Source of the DNA: a bacterium
GTDB taxonomy: Bacteria > SAR324 > NAC60-12
Direction of reading: 5' to 3'
DNA length: 64,000 nucleotides
NCBI GenBank assembly: GCA_965205865.1
Contig: CBDBHR010000030.1
Location: 1,280,001-1,344,000 of the forward strand
Under the pieces are notes generated by a model, which made no database searches, was not told the DNA's origin, and saw only the letters and a program-made list of their open reading frames with translations. The translations under genes and the position numbers were made by a program. The stretch's first letter is position 1; every line of letters begins with the position of its first letter. Positions 63,160 to 64,000 of this stretch are shown piece after piece.

Positions 63160-63714
63160 TCATAGCGGTGGGCCGAAATATCGGTGACTCCATCGCAGAT
63201 ATTTGCGATACTCTTCTCCAAATTGAGCCTCAAGATAGTGCTCTTCTACTTTGATATAGCTGCTAAACCGAATCCAGAATAAGGCTGTCAGGAGCATTGC
63301 AAATCCGGATTTTCCCACAATGGAAATCCCCAACAAACACAACATCCAGCCGACATTCTGAGGATTTCGACTCCAACTGTATATTCCATTCGTAACTAAA
63401 TGATCGTTCACTCTCCCATTTATACGCTGCAATGATCCGAAGGCGATGATCCCTGCAACAAGTAAGCACATACCACCCACTATCAACAAAATCCCGGTCC
63501 AAAAGCTCATCCAATCGTTTATGGGCAATGCCCATATTCCCGAAAAAGCGGCAACTGAGGTAAGGGAAAAATGTCCGAGATACACGAGCCATACAATGGT
63601 GACAGTGAACATTGATAACCCCGCTTGTTTTCCATATTCTTGACGGACTCGTCTTCTGCACCAAAAAACGAGAAATCCAACGAACCCCAGTCCAATTAAC
63701 AACCAAAAAATCAT
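63160..63714 (-). CDS. Isoprenylcysteine carboxyl methyltransferase/PEMT family membrane protein
   Basis: LVTNGIYSWSRNP, EEHYLE.QFGEEY..Y. Confidence 0.88.
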   Translation of the reverse strand: MIFWLLIGLGFVGFLVFWCRRRVRQEYGKQAGLSMFTVTIVWLVYLGHFSLTSVAAFSGIWALPINDWMSFWTGILLIVGGMCLLVAGIIAFGSLQRINGRVNDHLVTNGIYSWSRNPQNVGWMLCLLGISIVGKSGFAMLLTALFWIRFSSYIKVEEHYLEAQFGEEYRKYLRWSHRYFGPPL

Positions 63715-64000
63715 GATGACTCTGATCTTCTAACGAGGTTATAGAATAAGCCCGAGAGTTCTAAAAAAGATCGAATTCTAGGTACCTACAACCCTCCTTG
63801 ATTCAAAATCCTTGCTCTATAAGCAAATTCGGAGTTTGGTTTTTACCGATAATCTCTCACTTTGACTTAGAACTTATCCTTAAATAACATTAACTTTCCT
63901 GTAAGTTATGATAGCTGCAGCCAATTGAAGCAGTGCGAGATAAGTTTGATTATATTTTTCGAATCGGACCATTATCTTGCGAAATCTGTTGAACCATGAA

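Noticed and set aside
1-64000. tRNA, rRNA or riboswitch genes
   Set aside because: None recognised by eye; an Infernal/Rfam scan would be needed to exclude them.

Overview
Bacterial chromosomal window, probably from a Gram-negative host (periplasmic-type signal peptides; taxonomy not determinable from sequence alone), that is heavily mosaic and decaying. A short ordinary stretch (1-6.3 kb: Fe-siderophore ABC genes, RNase D, nucleoside hydrolase, nitroreductase, methyltransferase) is followed by about 57 kb of patchwork. It holds four family-5 (peptide/nickel-type) ABC transporter clusters of visibly different GC content, only one of which has ATPases. It also holds IS256, IS1380, IS1182, IS5/ISNCY and IS21-like elements, several MITE families with readable TIRs and TSDs, many fragments of REP-associated (RAYT/Y1-HUH) transposases with terminal inverted repeats, a group II intron 3' half, TA loci and many pseudogenes. 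Most notable: (1) the same 208-bp 5'-leader + signal-peptide cassette precedes two otherwise very divergent substrate-binding proteins; (2) a four-gene IS21-like element carries two accessory genes and iteron-like repeats inside its ends; (3) an AT-rich two-gene island (putative RNase-like toxin + large ImmA/IrrE Zn-peptidase) is bracketed by RAYT ends and is a candidate defence system; (4) RAYT terminal repeats recur exactly at gene-truncating junctions. Family assignments come from motif recognition only; no database search was run.
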